This document shows positions 11,755-26,282 of a DNA stretch of 64,000 bases, one piece after another. The first letter of the stretch is position 1. The number at the start of each line of letters is the position of its first letter. Source of the stretch: Eledone cirrhosa (taxonomy: Eukaryota); contig OZ024747.1 of NCBI GenBank assembly GCA_964016885.1, forward strand, positions 71,052,001 through 71,116,000, written 5' to 3'. A program made the translations under genes and the position numbers. The notes beneath the pieces were generated by a model. The model had not been told where the DNA came from. It made no database searches and saw only the letters and a program-made list of their open reading frames with translations.

Positions 11755-12547
11755 GGAGCCTTATGCCGATTTAATGCCGCCCAATTAAAAAGAATACAGT
11801 AGTCAAGTGGTTACAAAAAACAGCATATCACTTTCCAATGAGTTTATCAATGAAAGGGTGGGGGAAAGGTATCTAGCACTGCTTCTCAAATTGTTTCTTT
11901 ATATGCTTTCAAATGAAAAGTTAGAAGACGCTCAGTGGAAGTGTAAGCTTTATAGACCATCACAAGACGTTTGCAAATGTGAACTTGTTGGTTATGACCG
12001 ATGTTATGAATTAATAAGAGCTGGTAGAACAGCAAATAGGGAGACAGAACATACCAGGAACATTAAAGCTTGGGCTTGCTGGTTATACCCGAGATTATGA
12101 AATTGCAGGTAGAACAGCAAATAGAGTGATAGAATATCAGATAAACTACCATGAACATTAGTACGGACGTTGATTATTGGTACTTGATCATTTCTGCGGT
12201 AGAATACCTGTTGGTACATAGCGTGGAGATAACATGTAACATGTGATATGTTGGTGGTCTGATCCAAAATAATATAGGATATTCCTGAGATATATCACAT
12301 CATGTGAGCAGAAAGATCGGTACAACTCATTTGTGCCAGCTGAGCGGACTGGGGCTACATGAAATAAGTGTGTTGCTCAAGGAAACAACGCACCCCCGGG
12401 AATCAAGCACACGACGTTACGAGCCGAATACGTTGACCACTAAGTCACGAACCTTCACACTCATGGTTTCATATGAATGAAACAGTTCTAATCCTGTAGA
12501 TGCCTTTTCTATATAAACCTCGCTTTTTCTCCCCCTCTCTCTCTTTT

Positions 12548-12635
<88 letters not shown>

Positions 12636-12734
12636 GTGTGTGTGTGCGAGCATGTATGTATGTATATCCACACATGTATTGTAACTGCGTCCCTTACTTT
12701 ATTTTGTTTCCAATGATTATGCCCATGTAGGGAA

Positions 12735-13365
12735 TAATATCTAATTTAAGCACAAGGCCAGCAATTTGTAAAGAGGATAAAGTCGATTTTATAGACTCCA
12801 GCCTATTGCTGGTTGTTTATTTTATCAAACCTTGAAGGACGAAAGGCAAAGATGACTTCGGTATGATTTCAACTCAAAACGTATAGGATAGTAGCAAAAT
12901 GCCAGGTAGCATTTCGTCCGACGCTCTAACAATTCTGCCAATCTCTCACCTTTCTTTGAAGAAATAATGGTTCCTTATATAGGCACAAGGCCATCAATTC
13001 TGGGGGAGGGGAAAGTCGATTAAATCGACCCCAGTGTGTGACTGGTACTTTATTTTATCGACCCCGTAAGGATGAAAGGCAAAAAGTTAACCTCGGCAGG
13101 ATTTGAACTCAGATCATAAAGGGCCGTAACTCTATGCTGCAAAGCATGGCGTCCGACCCCCCTACCAATACTGCCAATCCACCACCTTTCTTTAAGGAAA
13201 TAATTGTTTCTACTTTTGGCACAAGGCCAGCAATTACCCAGTACATTACTGGTACTTTATTTTATCGACCCCGTAAGGATGAAAGGCAAAGTTGACCTCG
13301 GCGGGATTTGAACTCAGAATGGAAAGGGCCGTAATTCTATGCGTCAAAGCATGACGTCCGACCCT
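12735..13365 (-). mobile_element. Tandem cluster of three SINE family A copies
   Basis: Head-to-tail copies at ~12735-12950 (diverged), ~12965-13185 and ~13200-13365. Confidence 0.8.
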
Positions 13366-14760
13366 AACGTTGGCTCTTCTGTAGTCTAAAATGTATGCAT
13401 GCGAGAGAAAGAGAACGGTGGTGATCACATGTCTTAGTGAGTGCATGTGCTCGCGCTTCCATATGCCTGTATAGTGGCACAGTAGGGGCAGTTAGTAAGT
13501 GACACACAGTATTCTATATTTGTGTAAAGTCTGCATAAACATAGAGATCCTTGTAACACTCGAAAACCGTAAAGCCTTCTCAGAGTTGAACTTCACCGTC
13601 AGAATAGAGAAGGTTATCAGACACGTAGAAAGCCCTGTTGTTATATATAAGAGAGTAAGAACCAATTGAGAACATTTAATAAGGCAGAGGCGAAAACAGC
13701 CGGCGGCTAACAGCAGAGTCAGCAACATGAGTAACAGGTCCCAGAGCACGACTGGTCGCAACTTCGAAGATGATCAGAGTAGAATAAATGATATTGTCCT
13801 TAACACAAGGGATTACCCATGCAGTAGAACACCAAACAAAACGGATCTGCTTTCTTTTTGCAAATATGGAAAAAGAAAAAAAAAGGAAAAAAGTGATGTG
13901 GGGTTTCACAGCTTGGCTAAGATTAGAGATATTTAGAGGCAGTTTTGAGGAGTCCAGTTTGAGGGAGTGATTGTGGCACAGCGTGGTCAAAATCATAGAA
14001 TACTCTGTTTCTATGTAGTTAGCGGTTTCTCATCCATCTGTAGAGGTTGCATTTATTTGAACTGTTTGTTCGAAGTTATATTTATATATATATAATTTTA
14101 TTAGAGAGTCGGACAAAACAATTTAAGTTCAATTCCCGTCGAGATCAAATTTACCTGGTATCTTTCTTGCCTCAATAAAATAAAACATCATTCAAGTACT
14201 GAGGTCAGTTTTATCAACTTTACTTTCCCTCCACTCCTCCCAAACTGCTGGCCTTGTAACTAAATTAGAACCCGTATATGGACGTTGGTGAATAGAAGAC
14301 TCAGTAAACTGACAGACTAATTACATCGATTTTTTTTATATTGTGAGTTCAAATCTCAGCGAAACATACGCTTCAGATTTGGATATAATCGATTGTGTTC
14401 CCCTAAAAAAAAACGGGTACTTGTGCCATCTTTATTAATAACCATTGAGAGAACATCTACATGATAACGGTTAGAATTCCACTCATCATAGATCTGTTAG
14501 TTGAACTACCATAATCATCTTCAATATAAGTGTACTGCAAATTTTTAGACAGTGTCATGTTTTTCATTTCTAAATGGGTACCGGTTCTTTTTAACATTGC
14601 AATTTAATGACACATAGTACAGTTATGAATACCACACCACCTTATTTCTCATCCTTGAAAATATCAGAAATCATATCTCTGTCAGAATCTATTATGGTTA
14701 TTCGTACAGAGACTACCAGTAAAATAAAAAAGAAAACAAAAAAAGGAAGATCTAATTTAC

Positions 14761-14898
14761 GAGTGTCCAGAATTTGGAGCAACCTGGTGTTTAAATGTAT
14801 TTTACTCTGACGCCAGCATACATGGTCATGTAGCTTTATTGAAAAACTGAAATGGCATCCTTCACCAACCGACCAAGCTTTAACACTCACCCTGTCAC
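14761..14898 (-). CDS. Candidate internal coding exon of an unidentified host gene
   Basis: CCATTTCAG acceptor, GTAAAT donor, 138 nt phase 1-1, only one open frame: (G)DRVSVKAWSVGEGCHFSFSIKLHDHVCWRQSKIHLNTRLLQILDT. Confidence 0.35.
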
Positions 14899-15406
14899 CT
14901 GAAATGGTAATAATACATTTATGATTGAAGTAGCCAGGAAAAAAATGTGATTAAGCGTGGACAGTGCATAATGTGATCATTTTTCCTCTCTGAAGATATC
15001 GAATTATTTATGAATTTCCCTCCCAGTCAATGAAACAGTGATGCTGGAAATAAGATAAAACTATTTGCCTCCACAGGCTGCTTCATACTATTCACTATAC
15101 TTACTCTTTATCAAAGGTACCATGTGCTACTATTTTCATCACACCCACAGCTGAACGACAATGCTGATGTATCTGTTTCCTACTTGTTTCTTCTTATGTA
15201 TACGGCCTTCACATGTTAATTCATAACTATAAAAGTCAGTATCAAACTAAGTTATTTGCTTTCTTTAGCTTCTACTTGAATTTGATTATATCGTCACCTT
15301 GTGAAGTGCTATGTGCGAATGGAACCCATATATATCCTTTATATTGAGCCACCTAAATATATAGATTAGAGAATCATATATGTATATACATATATATATA
15401 TATATA

Positions 15407-15580
<174 letters not shown>

Positions 15581-16326
15581 CGCGTGCGTGTGTGTGTGCG
15601 TGTGTTTGCACTACATAACATATAATATGGTTGAATATATATTTTGAATGAGAATAGTTATCCTTTCACTGTAAGTAACATTTCTATTATACTGTAAAAA
15701 AAAAAATTGTTAGTGCGGAGAATATATTTTCAATAATGTATAAGAAAGAAATGAACCAGATATACTAACATTTTAGGTGTGGATACCATCTTTTACACCT
15801 CTTTGCCGTCTACGAATATTAGATTAATCATATGAAATAGTTTATTCAATATCAATTTGATGACTATTGTCACTATTTCGGTATTAACAGTACATTTCAT
15901 GAAACAGAATTTCATATACATATGTTCGGTATAGTGAACAGTCATATTTCTTTCGGTGTTTCAATAAACTGTTTAACCCATAGTAAGGGGCAGGGGAGCA
16001 AAGATTAATACTCAGATTTTCTCCGAACCCAGTGATAGGTTTACTTAAAACTCATGATAATGTTTATGAAATAATAATTTCATACACTTAACACAAGGCC
16101 ATACATGTTTTTTTAGCGGGTATAATCGATTAAATAGAGCGCGGTGTATTATTGATATTTCATCGTATCCACCCGGGAAGGATAAAAGTCAAATATAACG
16201 TCAATAGAGTTTGAACTCAGGGAGTAAATAGCTACAAATAAATAACCCGTGACGATGACAAGAAATTTATGCGATATCTACAGAGTATTCTATCTTATTG
16301 ATATTTTATTTTCTAGGACATTGACG

Positions 16327-16806
16327 ATTTCTAGTATAGGCACAAGGCCGGTAATTTTGGGGTAGGAAAAGTCGATTAAATCGACCCCAATGGTGCTTTA
16401 CTTTTCGACCCGTAAGAATGAAAGGCAAAGCTAACCTCGGCGGGATTTGAACTCAGATCATAAAGGGACGTAACGCTATGCTGCAAAGCATGGTGTCCGA
16501 CGCTCTGCCGACACTGCCAATCCACCACCCTTTTCTAGGACATAAATAAAGAAGAATGCCATCAAAATTTGACATGAATTAAAACGAAAGTTCATCAAGC
16601 TTTTAATTGTTGAATTGTTTTACTAATCAAAAATAATTGTTTCTACACAAGGCCAGCAATTATACCAGTACATCACTGGTACTTTATTTCAATCGACCCC
16701 GTAAGGATGAAAGGCAAAGTTAACCTCGGCTGGATTTGAACTCAGACTGTAAAGGGCCATAACTCCTATGCAACAAAGCATGGTGTCTGATGCTCTACCG
16801 ATACTG
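16327..16806 (-). mobile_element. Two SINE family A copies (~16327-16530, ~16633-16806)
   Basis: Core and Pol III boxes; the first copy is bracketed by TTTTCTAGGACAT direct repeats (probable TSD). Confidence 0.8.
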
Positions 16807-17290
16807 AAAAATAATAGGAACCAGTTTCTAATTCAGGTAAAACCTTAGGTATAATGAATTAATTAATTGCTGTTTTGTGTGTATTTTAAGCAACTGTTGA
16901 GTAATACGGTTTTGTACGTTGAATATTTAAACGGTTTTTTTTTTTGTGTTTACAAAAGTGTTAAGCTTTAAGTTAAATACTTATGAGATTGTAGAGGTGT
17001 CATGATATCCAATTGTTTCAATTTCAGTACACCACCTCGGATCAAATCATTTGCCAAATAAACACAACTCCTAAAATACATGTTATTTGGCAAATAAATG
17101 ACATAAAGAAATCACGGATTAAACCTTCAACAATTATGTGAATAAGGCAGAATATGTAATAATTCTGATTTCAGACCGTTTTATATAACATATTTATTAA
17201 CGCTAAATAGGAAACGGACACACGCTCACATATACATACACACACTGTCTTTCTTTCTTTCTTTCTCTTTGTTTCCTTCCTTCTTTGTCA

Positions 17291-17380
<90 letters not shown>

Positions 17381-17592
17381 ACTTCACTCTTTCTTTCGCT
17401 CTGATACACATACACACACACACACACATACATACATACATACATACATAAACACACGCGCACTACCTCTCTTACACACATAATTCATATAGAAATTGTG
17501 ACAAAAAAAAAAAAACCAGCAAGATAATATAGAATTATAGCAGAAGGAATGCTTGTAAATACACTGCGATATGCCGTTCTCCCTCCCCCCGC

Positions 17593-17695
<103 letters not shown>

Positions 17696-17838
17696 TCTCT
17701 ATCTCTATCTCGCTCTCTCTCTGTATACATATATGTGTGTGTGTGTCAGTGTATGTATGTATATATGTGTATATAAATGTATATATGTATAAATATATAT
17801 ATCGTAATATATTTATATATTTGTATATATGTATATGT

Positions 17839-17887
<49 letters not shown>

Positions 17888-17917
17888 CGTGTGTGCTTGT
17901 GTGTATGTATGTATATA

Positions 17918-17970
<53 letters not shown>

Positions 17971-17976
17971 GTAAAC

Positions 17977-18007
<31 letters not shown>

Positions 18008-18576
18008 AAGCATTATATATATATATATATATACTGGCCTTGTGCCTAAAGTAGAAACAATTATATATATATATATATATGTAAACATTATATATATATA
18101 TATATAAACAATTATATATATATATATATATATTATATATATGTATATATGTATATAAACATACATATATAGAAACAATTATATATATATATATATATAT
18201 TGTAACGTAGAGACAACTTAATAGTCAGTGCCACCTTTAATATGTAAGCAGTAAAATATGTATAGCTGTGTGTCAGTGGGAAAAAAAAGCAATGAATATG
18301 TATGCCTGCTTCTTTGGTCTGCAGTGGAGTGGAGAACGGTTCGGCAAAAAAGGCCTCTTTAAGAGGGATATGAAAGAAGAACGTTGAACACCAAGCTTGT
18401 GCTCTCGTTATGAATGTATATATTGTATATATGTAAACATGTGTAAGTTTGGAAGAAACAGGCATACGTTCGCTCGTCTTTATTTTTAGTCATATATATA
18501 AACATATATATATATAATATATATATATATATATGAATATCCGTATAACATATATCTTTCTATATATATATATACA

Positions 18577-18650
18577 CAAGGAGTCCAAATAATGTATACA
18601 CACTGTTATTAGGATGCTGTTGAAGTGTGTATACACTTTTGGGGACACCC

Positions 18651-18652
<2 letters not shown>
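18577..18652. mobile_element. 76-bp Tc1/mariner-type MITE, second copy
   Basis: Homologous to 15407-15482; ends GGGGACACCCTG. Confidence 0.75.
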
Positions 18653-18682
<30 letters not shown>

Positions 18683-18804
18683 GACGCGAGAATGAGTACG
18701 CAATATTCTTTATTATGGCTAAGTGATGAGTCTCATAGTAAAGAATATATATATATATATGTATACATATATATACATATATATATATAAGTGTTTGTGT
18801 GTAA

Positions 18805-18847
<43 letters not shown>

Positions 18848-18930
18848 AAAATTGAACGGGAACAAAACAGAGAGGCAGTACGAACAAAGGTTTATTAGTT
18901 TCGCGCTCTTGAGAGTGGGGTGGTGGTGGG

Positions 18931-18966
18931 GAACGACGTTTCGGGCATAAGCCCTTCTTCAGGTGA
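18931..18966 (-). ncRNA. Minimal type I hammerhead ribozyme motif in a short PLE-tail remnant
   Basis: CTGAAGA-A-GGGC/ttat/GCCC-GAAA-C-GTC; palindromic stem III ACGT; stem I weak. Confidence 0.65.
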
Positions 18967-19169
18967 AAAGTGTGTGGGGAGAGAGTTCCAAGGGTGTGTA
19001 GGGGAGTGGTGGAGAGACATATAGCAAAAAGGGGGTGAGAGGAAACGGTGCAAATGAAATTAAAAATAATATATATATATATACAAAATACATACCAAAA
19101 AGTTATCACTCTACATGGCTGAATACAATAAATGTAATCTGAGTTTTTCGAATATTAATAATAAAATTC

Positions 19170-19322
19170 GATTCGTTTGTAATGATGCAAACAAGCCTCT
19201 TTCAAACCATGTCAATAGAATGAGCCACTCGTAACATGCCAATACAAGAGCAAGAATGACGGGCTCATTCTATTGACATGGCTTAAAAGAGGCTTGTTTG
19301 TTTGCATAATTGCAAACGAATC
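19170..19322. repeat. Inverted repeat, ~60-bp arms
   Basis: GATTCGTTTG..CCATGTCAATAGAATGAGCC / GGCTCATTCTATTGACATGG..CAAACGAATC. Confidence 0.75.
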
Positions 19323-19437
19323 ATGGGCGATATATATAAACGATAGATATAAACACGGACGTAGGGACACGCACAAACGCACTAACAAATGCGCTCACTC
19401 TCTCACACACACTTAAACGCGCGCGCGCGCGCGCACA

Positions 19438-19539
<102 letters not shown>

Positions 19540-19681
19540 AAAACAAAGAAAGTGTGGTAAGAAACCAGGTGGACCATAACGCACCAGAGTACTCGATACT
19601 TAGGGTAGTAGAAAGACTAACTTAGTTCGGATCTAGCTATCGAAACAACCGGAGCTCAGCCGTCGCAGTCCTGTCTCTTTT

Positions 19682-19735
<54 letters not shown>

Positions 19736-20081
19736 GATAATTAACAAAGAGATGACAATGAATGAAAATGACCGAAAACAATTTTTAAAGGGGAAATCTC
19801 GAAAAAAAATTTTGTAATGAAAATACAAACGAAAGTCACAGAAATCTTCTGCCGTTGGAATAGATTTTGGTAGTTTCGGCCCCTACCAATGGTACTGCTG
19901 GTACACCCGGGGTCACAGCATCTGACAAACATCGGAAGCGTTGACGCGGAGTAAAAGACAAGAAAAAAACAATGACTTGCTGCAATTAAGCCATAACAGA
20001 GTTTGTAAATTATTTTGGTTGTGTTTGAGTAATTCATCGAAAGACACAATATTTCCTATGTCCCTGGTTTTATTATGCATT

Positions 20082-20168
<87 letters not shown>

Positions 20169-20216
20169 GACGTAAAATAAGAGAATTATGAAAATTGACT
20201 TACTTACTAAAATTTC

Positions 20217-20297
20217 ACTCCAACTAATTAGTTTCTGTAAGGGAATAAATATGGTTACGCAACGTAATCACAGAGAAACCTTATGTCATCAGGGAGT
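20217..20297 (-). ncRNA. Type I hammerhead ribozyme
   Basis: ACTCC-CTGATGA-CATAAGG..CCTTACA-GAAA-CTAATTAG-TT-GGAGT; 5-bp stem I, palindromic stem III, GUU site; base of stem II mismatched. Confidence 0.7.
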
Positions 20298-20735
20298 CTA
20301 TTCTCAGCAAAGTTCCTAGGCAATGCGTGGACACAAGGAACTCATATAAAAATAATTCAATGGATGGAAAAAAGCGAGCGGGAACTAAATTCCAGGACAT
20401 TGAAAAAATTCACTGCCTACTTGGTCAGTGGCAAATTCGAAAGAATCAATCACGTGACACTGAGGTTAATCAGTGAGGAGTGGGATGTTATTAAGACAGG
20501 GGCCTGACCACTACCATGAACCATAGTAGTAATTTCGGTAAATTTTTACTCAACAAATAATTTGGAGATAATTATAAAGAATTAGTATATCTACCAACAT
20601 ATAGGCAGTGAATTAGGCAGTGAATTTTTTCAATGTCCTGGAATTTAGTCCCCGCTCGCTTTTTTCCATCCATTGAATTATTTTTATATGAGTTCCTTGT
20701 GTCCACGCATTACCTAGGAACTTAGCTGAGAATAG

Positions 20736-20816
20736 ACCCCCTGATGACGTAAGGTTTCTCTGTGATTACGTTGCGTAACCATATTTATTCCCTTACAGAA
20801 ACTAATTAGTTGGAGT
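20736..20816 (+). ncRNA. Type I hammerhead ribozyme
   Basis: ACCCC-CTGATGA-CGTAAGG..CCTTACA-GAAA-CTAATTAG-TT-GGAGT. Confidence 0.7.
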
Positions 20817-21076
20817 GAAATTTTAGTAAGTAAGTCAATTTTCATAATTCTCTTATTTTACGTCTTTCATATAATTGTTCTGCATCCCCTTGCATTGAAC
20901 TACAAAGTTACTAAGACTAAACCTATATATTTGCTAGCATAGGTATGCATCTGTATACATATGTTGGTAGATATACTAATTCTTTATATGTATATATATA
21001 TATATATGTGTGTGTGTGTATGTATGTGTATATATAAATTTAAAAAATAGACGTGTGACACACGAGTTGTGATATA

Positions 21077-21622
21077 TTAGTAAAAAGGACCATTATCACA
21101 ACAATGAATCACTTTACTACACACACATACACACATTTGTCTTAATAGACATATTTTTCAGTGACTTCTCAACAAGACTGCAACTCAATCAAGCGGAAAA
21201 GGACACTCTTCGACAAACCTACATTTGGCGCGAAACCAGTTCGCGCTAAAATCAATTTTAACATTCACGTGACTTCTACCGACCAATCAAAATTGTTTTG
21301 ACTACAAGAACTTTTGCAACGCGAATTGGCGCGAAATTTATAGTGCTTACTCACGTGACATTCAACAACCAACCAAATCTTAATACCTCTGGAGCCACTT
21401 TTGTCACATAAAACAGGAAGAATTTCCAAAACTGATCAGATTAGAGCAAAAATCACGAGCGCTCTATCTGAAAATTATTTTTGAAAAGCATTAGAAATGC
21501 GCAACCGGTAGAAACTTAAAACTGAATACTAACTAATACTTATTACTAATTTATACTTATTCCTAATTAAACTATTTTTCACTGGGAAAAATTTATCAGC
21601 ATTTTCTTTTCCTTTTTACTAA
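21077..21622. mobile_element. MITE-like element with 13-bp TIRs flanked by TA
   Basis: TA|TTAGTAAAAAGGA ... TCCTTTTTACTAA|TA; right end duplicated in inverted orientation at 21757-21846. Confidence 0.55.
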
Positions 21623-21635
21623 TATATATATATAC

Positions 21636-21671
<36 letters not shown>

Positions 21672-21689
21672 ATGTATATATATATATAT

Positions 21690-21758
<69 letters not shown>

Positions 21759-21856
21759 AGTAAAAAGGAAAAGAAAATGCTGATAAATTTTTCCCAGTGA
21801 AAAATAGTTTAATTAGGAATAAGTATAAATTAGTAATAAGTATTAGAACACACACA

Positions 21857-21925
<69 letters not shown>

Positions 21926-22149
21926 GTGTGTGTGGACGCGAGAATCACTACGCAATATGTGCGTGTTATGAAAAACAAACAAAGCGTGATTAGAAAGACT
22001 GATTTAATTATACATTCTAACACGTGTTTCATCATCAAATTTCATCATAAGGACTATGAGAGATGTTTAGAGATGTTAACTGCTCTAATCCCTCGCACGT
22101 ATTACAGCGTTACTCAATAAATCCTCGGAAAATAAATACCCTATTTAGA

Positions 22150-22780
22150 ATTTCTACTGAAAAAAGAGAAAAACAAAGGGACAATATTGATACTTTTAGC
22201 TCCATAACTCTGCTAAATACAGTGTTTAAGATTTTCGCCAAGGTGTTAACGATGAGGTTGATCCTTGTTATCGGAGGTTTAGAGGGTGAGGCAGACATCC
22301 GCCATTCCAAACAGATCAATCCACGACAAGCTACACCTCATGCGATACATAATATAGCGGATGGCTAAGGAGGCTGGCACGCGGAGAGCACTGATCAACT
22401 TAGACCAATCGAACGCCTTCTATTGGGTTTGACCATGGATACCTGGTGGCTGTCCTCAAGGCAGTCGGTTTAAGGCACGTTTTTAGGGTCTGGATCGCTG
22501 CAATGTATAGTGACATCTGCTCTGTGGTTAGAGTGAATGGTTAGCTTTCGGAACCATTCAACATCATACGTTCGGTCCCCGAAGGACCTCTCCCCTTCTC
22601 TCCTCTCTTTTGTATGTATTGACTCTTGAGCCATTACTACAAAAATTGTTGGGAGTTGAGGAACGTCCTGTGCGAACTAGGATATGGGAGATTCGTCTCA
22701 GCATATGCCGACGACGTCACCGTAGTAGTTTAGAGTATCAAACATATTGAGATGATCGACACCGCTCTCAAATAGTACCA
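22150..22780 (+). pseudogene. Degenerate L1/Tx1-like reverse transcriptase fragment
   Basis: SITLLNTVFKIFAKVL (RT domain 2), LINLDQSNAF, SAYADDVTVV at ~22697-22727; several stops and frameshifts. Confidence 0.7.
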
Positions 22781-22962
22781 GTATTGTATCCTTTTATCAG
22801 TAAATATTTAATTATTAATATAACTTTATTATTTAATAATAGTTTTTGGTTTGGACATAACTCTAACAATAATTATAGTCGATTAAATAGACCTTCGTGT
22901 ATTACTGGTGATTTATTTTATCGATCCCGTGAAAGGCAAAGCTAACCTCACGTTATATTTTA

Positions 22963-23343
22963 ATAATTGTTTCTAATTTTCGCACAAGGCCAGCAATTGC
23001 CCAGTACATTACTGGTACTGTATTTTATAGACCCCGTAAGGATGAAAGGCAAAGTTAACCTCGGCGGGATTTGAACTCAGAATGGAAAGGGCCGTAACTC
23101 TTTGCGTCAAAGCATGGCGTCCGACCCTCTACCGATACTGCCAATCCGTTATATTTAATAATTGTTTCTACTTTAGGCACAAGGCCAGCAATTACCCAGT
23201 ACATTACTGGTACTGTATTTTATGGACCCCGTAAGGATGAAAGGCAAAGTAAACCTCGGCGGGATTTGAACTCAGACCGTAAAGGGACGTAACTATGCTG
23301 GAAAGCATGGTGTCCGACTCTCTACCGATACTGCCAATCCACC
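22963..23343 (-). mobile_element. Two tandem SINE family A copies (short-core variant)
   Basis: Near-identical ~185-bp units. Confidence 0.85.
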
Positions 23344-23860
23344 TTTAATAATGAACAATTAAATATTAATTCATGGAAACGTCTCTTGACATTTATTGTT
23401 TACTTACCTCAGCACAGTAATCTTTTAGTATATGTGATATGTAAATTTAAATCATCTTCGTGGAACACATTTCAATGAAAGCTAGCTACCTCGCTCAAAA
23501 GATAAAATTAGAATGAAAAGAACTGACTGCACAGGGAAACGAACTTACATCTATGACTTGTCTCATTGGGATTTACCATTGCTCTAGTAACCTTTCATAG
23601 CATTAAGTATATTAAACAATTTATCTGGGTTCGGATGGACAGGGTAGTTGTTTGTCTACACTGATATATGTGTGTTATATTCTCGTTTAATATGAACTAT
23701 TGACACATAAACAATCAAAAGACATGTAGTTTGAACCATCCATTTAATACAAGCGCTGTATACACACAAATACACACACGAGCGTCCATTCATGTGTTCA
23801 CACGTATATAGTCAACATGTGTGTAAATATGTTTTTAAAGCATACATATATACATATACA

Positions 23861-23906
<46 letters not shown>

Positions 23907-23956
23907 GAGAGAGAGAGGGGCAGAGAGAGAGATACATGTGTGTGTGTGTGTATATA

Positions 23957-24007
<51 letters not shown>

Positions 24008-24259
24008 GTAAATATATATATGTATATATATATATATGTATATATATGTATATATATATGTATATATATGTATGCATGTATATATGTATGTATATATATA
24101 TATATATGTGCGTGCGCGCGCGCGTGTGCATGTTTGTGTGTGTGTATTTTTGTGCGCTTAATACAGAGCTATAAATATATTTAAAAATACACTGTATACA
24201 CACGTGCTATTGGTGATGATGGAAGTGGTGGTGGCGGTCGTCGTCACCATTGTCGTGGT

Positions 24260-24522
24260 GGTGGCGGCGGTGGTGGTGATGATGATGTGTTGGTGGCGGC
24301 GGTGGTGGTGATGATGATGTGTTGGTGGCGGCGGTGGTGGTGATGATGATGTGTTGGTGGCGGCGGTGGTGGTGATGATGTGTTGGTGGCGGCGGTGGTG
24401 GTGATGACGATGTGTTGGTGGCGGCGGTGGTGGTGATGATGATGTGTTGGTGGCGACGGTGGTGGTGATGACGATGTGTTGGTGGCGGCGGCGGTGGTGG
24501 TGATGATGATGTGTTGGTGGAG
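24260..24522. repeat. ~32-bp GGT/GAT-rich minisatellite, about 8 units
   Basis: Unit GATGATGATGTGTTGGTGGCGGCGGTGGTGGT with triplet-number variation. Confidence 0.85.
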
Positions 24523-24828
24523 GATGAGGAATTCGACGACGAAAGCAACATAGAAAATACGAACGAGTATGTGGAGAAGGTAAAGAGCGAGACAAGGGGG
24601 GAGGGGGATAATGTTGTTAGTGGTGTTGATGTCGAAGCTGTCAGTTCCGATATATAGTTATTTGCAAAAGCGGTAAATGTATGAATATATCATTATTGCT
24701 TATACACATAAAGTTTCTTCTACTTTAATAGATACGGAGATCTACATGCGTATAAATTGTTTGTAGGCATACACAAATAGAAATACGTATATTAATATGT
24801 GCATGAACCTATGTGGGCATATATTTGC

Positions 24829-24876
<48 letters not shown>

Positions 24877-25477
24877 GAAAGGCAAAGTTGACCTCGTCGG
24901 GATTTGAAATAAGAACGGATAAAACGACAACTAAATGCCTCATGGCACTTTGTCCGACTCTCAAGTAATTCTGCCGATCCACCGCCCTGTGTAAAAATAA
25001 TAATAATATTTTGTGTTATATTGCTATGACGGTGAAATTTTAATGTAAAGTCTTGACCCCCCCCCCTACCACGTCTTTTATCCATGTCGTTATCGCTTAG
25101 TTCGTTGACGAATGTTGGCTTAAACGATTAAAATTATTATATATTTAATGATATTATAATTAATTATATTATATATTATATTATTAAAACAAAAAATAAT
25201 TGTTTCTACTTTAGGCACAAGGCCAGCAATTACCCAGTGCATTACTGGTACTTTATTTTATCGACCCCGTAAGGATGAAAGGCAAAGTCAACCTCGGATT
25301 AAAACAAAAAATAATGAAAGTTAAAACAATATATAGGGGTGACAAGACTTTCGGACCACCTACAGAGACATAAATATAAAATAAATTGTATTCGTTTTGA
25401 ATATATATATATATACATATATCAAAGAGGGTGTGGTAAAATACAAGATGGACCATAACGTAGTAGAGTGGGTAATA

Positions 25478-25597
25478 AGAAAAGAGTCAGGACCCCGGCG
25501 GCTGAGCTCCGGCCGTTTCGACGACTAGATCCAAACGTTTGGATTTAGCTGTCGAAACGGCCGGAGCTCAGCCGCCGTCGGGATCCTGTCTCTTTTC
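25478..25597. repeat. Palindromic end of a TA-associated repeat family (non-palindromic homolog at ~19545-19685)
   Basis: GGCGGCTGAGCTCCGGCCGTTTCGAC..GTCGAAACGGCCGGAGCTCAGCCGCC; shared upstream GTGTGGTAA..TGGACCATAACG. Confidence 0.75.
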
Positions 25598-25721
<124 letters not shown>

Positions 25722-25747
25722 GTTCCACAGCAGTAAATTTACAATTT

Positions 25748-26275
25748 CCGAGACAATTGTTTCACCTTAGTCGGATAATCAGCTCGGTTTAAATGAGAAT
25801 ATACAGAAAAGGAAAAACAATTATACGAATACGGATGTGCAGAAGTCACTTCCCAAAGAGGAGTAACTCACGTAGGATTGGTTTTGAAGAGACAACTGTG
25901 AAAACTTTGAATATATTATTCATATTATTCAGTCCAGAGTATAATAGATTATTCATGTTAGTCGGTCTGGAGCTTTGACATTACGTAGTAGGTATTTCCA
26001 AATTTAGACAAGCGCTATTACGCCAACTCCTCAGGATATTGATTCTTTCTTCAAAGCACAGACAACAAGACGGATTCCCATTTGGCTTAGACTTAGTAAT
26101 AACTTTCCATTGAATGGAGTAATCCACGCCTGCATCTTTGAGGGACCATATATGACCCGCAAGCTTCGTGGAAGATCGTTTGTCTGGGTGTCTGAATGCC
26201 GACAGAAGTGTTCTTTAAACCGTCTCTCCGCCAGATCTACATAGGATTTGACTTAGGATCACAGTAGCTACTAAC
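25748..26275 (-). pseudogene. Penelope-like element 3' part: degenerate GIY-YIG endonuclease plus HHR-like tail
   Basis: SYVDLAERRFKEH..FRHPDKRSSTKLAGHIWSLKDAGVDYSIQWKVITK..CCLCFEERINIL; HHR-like motif at 25748-25787. Confidence 0.7.
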
Positions 26276-26282
26276 CTTATTA

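Larger units (their letters stand above)
20163..20872. mobile_element. Inverted-repeat cassette with ~260-bp arms (PLE pLTR-like), one hammerhead per arm
   Basis: Arm ~20163-20419 is the near-perfect reverse complement of ~20614-20872; abuts (TA)n. Confidence 0.85.

Noticed and set aside
13380-13807. Solo LTR with TATA and AATAAA
   Set aside because: No matching TSD or partner LTR
18201-18550. Solo LTR (TGT..ACA)
   Set aside because: The apparent TSD lies in (TA)n and is uninformative; no second copy or PBS/PPT
24158-24595. Pro/His/Thr-rich ORFs
   Set aside because: 32-bp minisatellite whose unit cycles through reading frames
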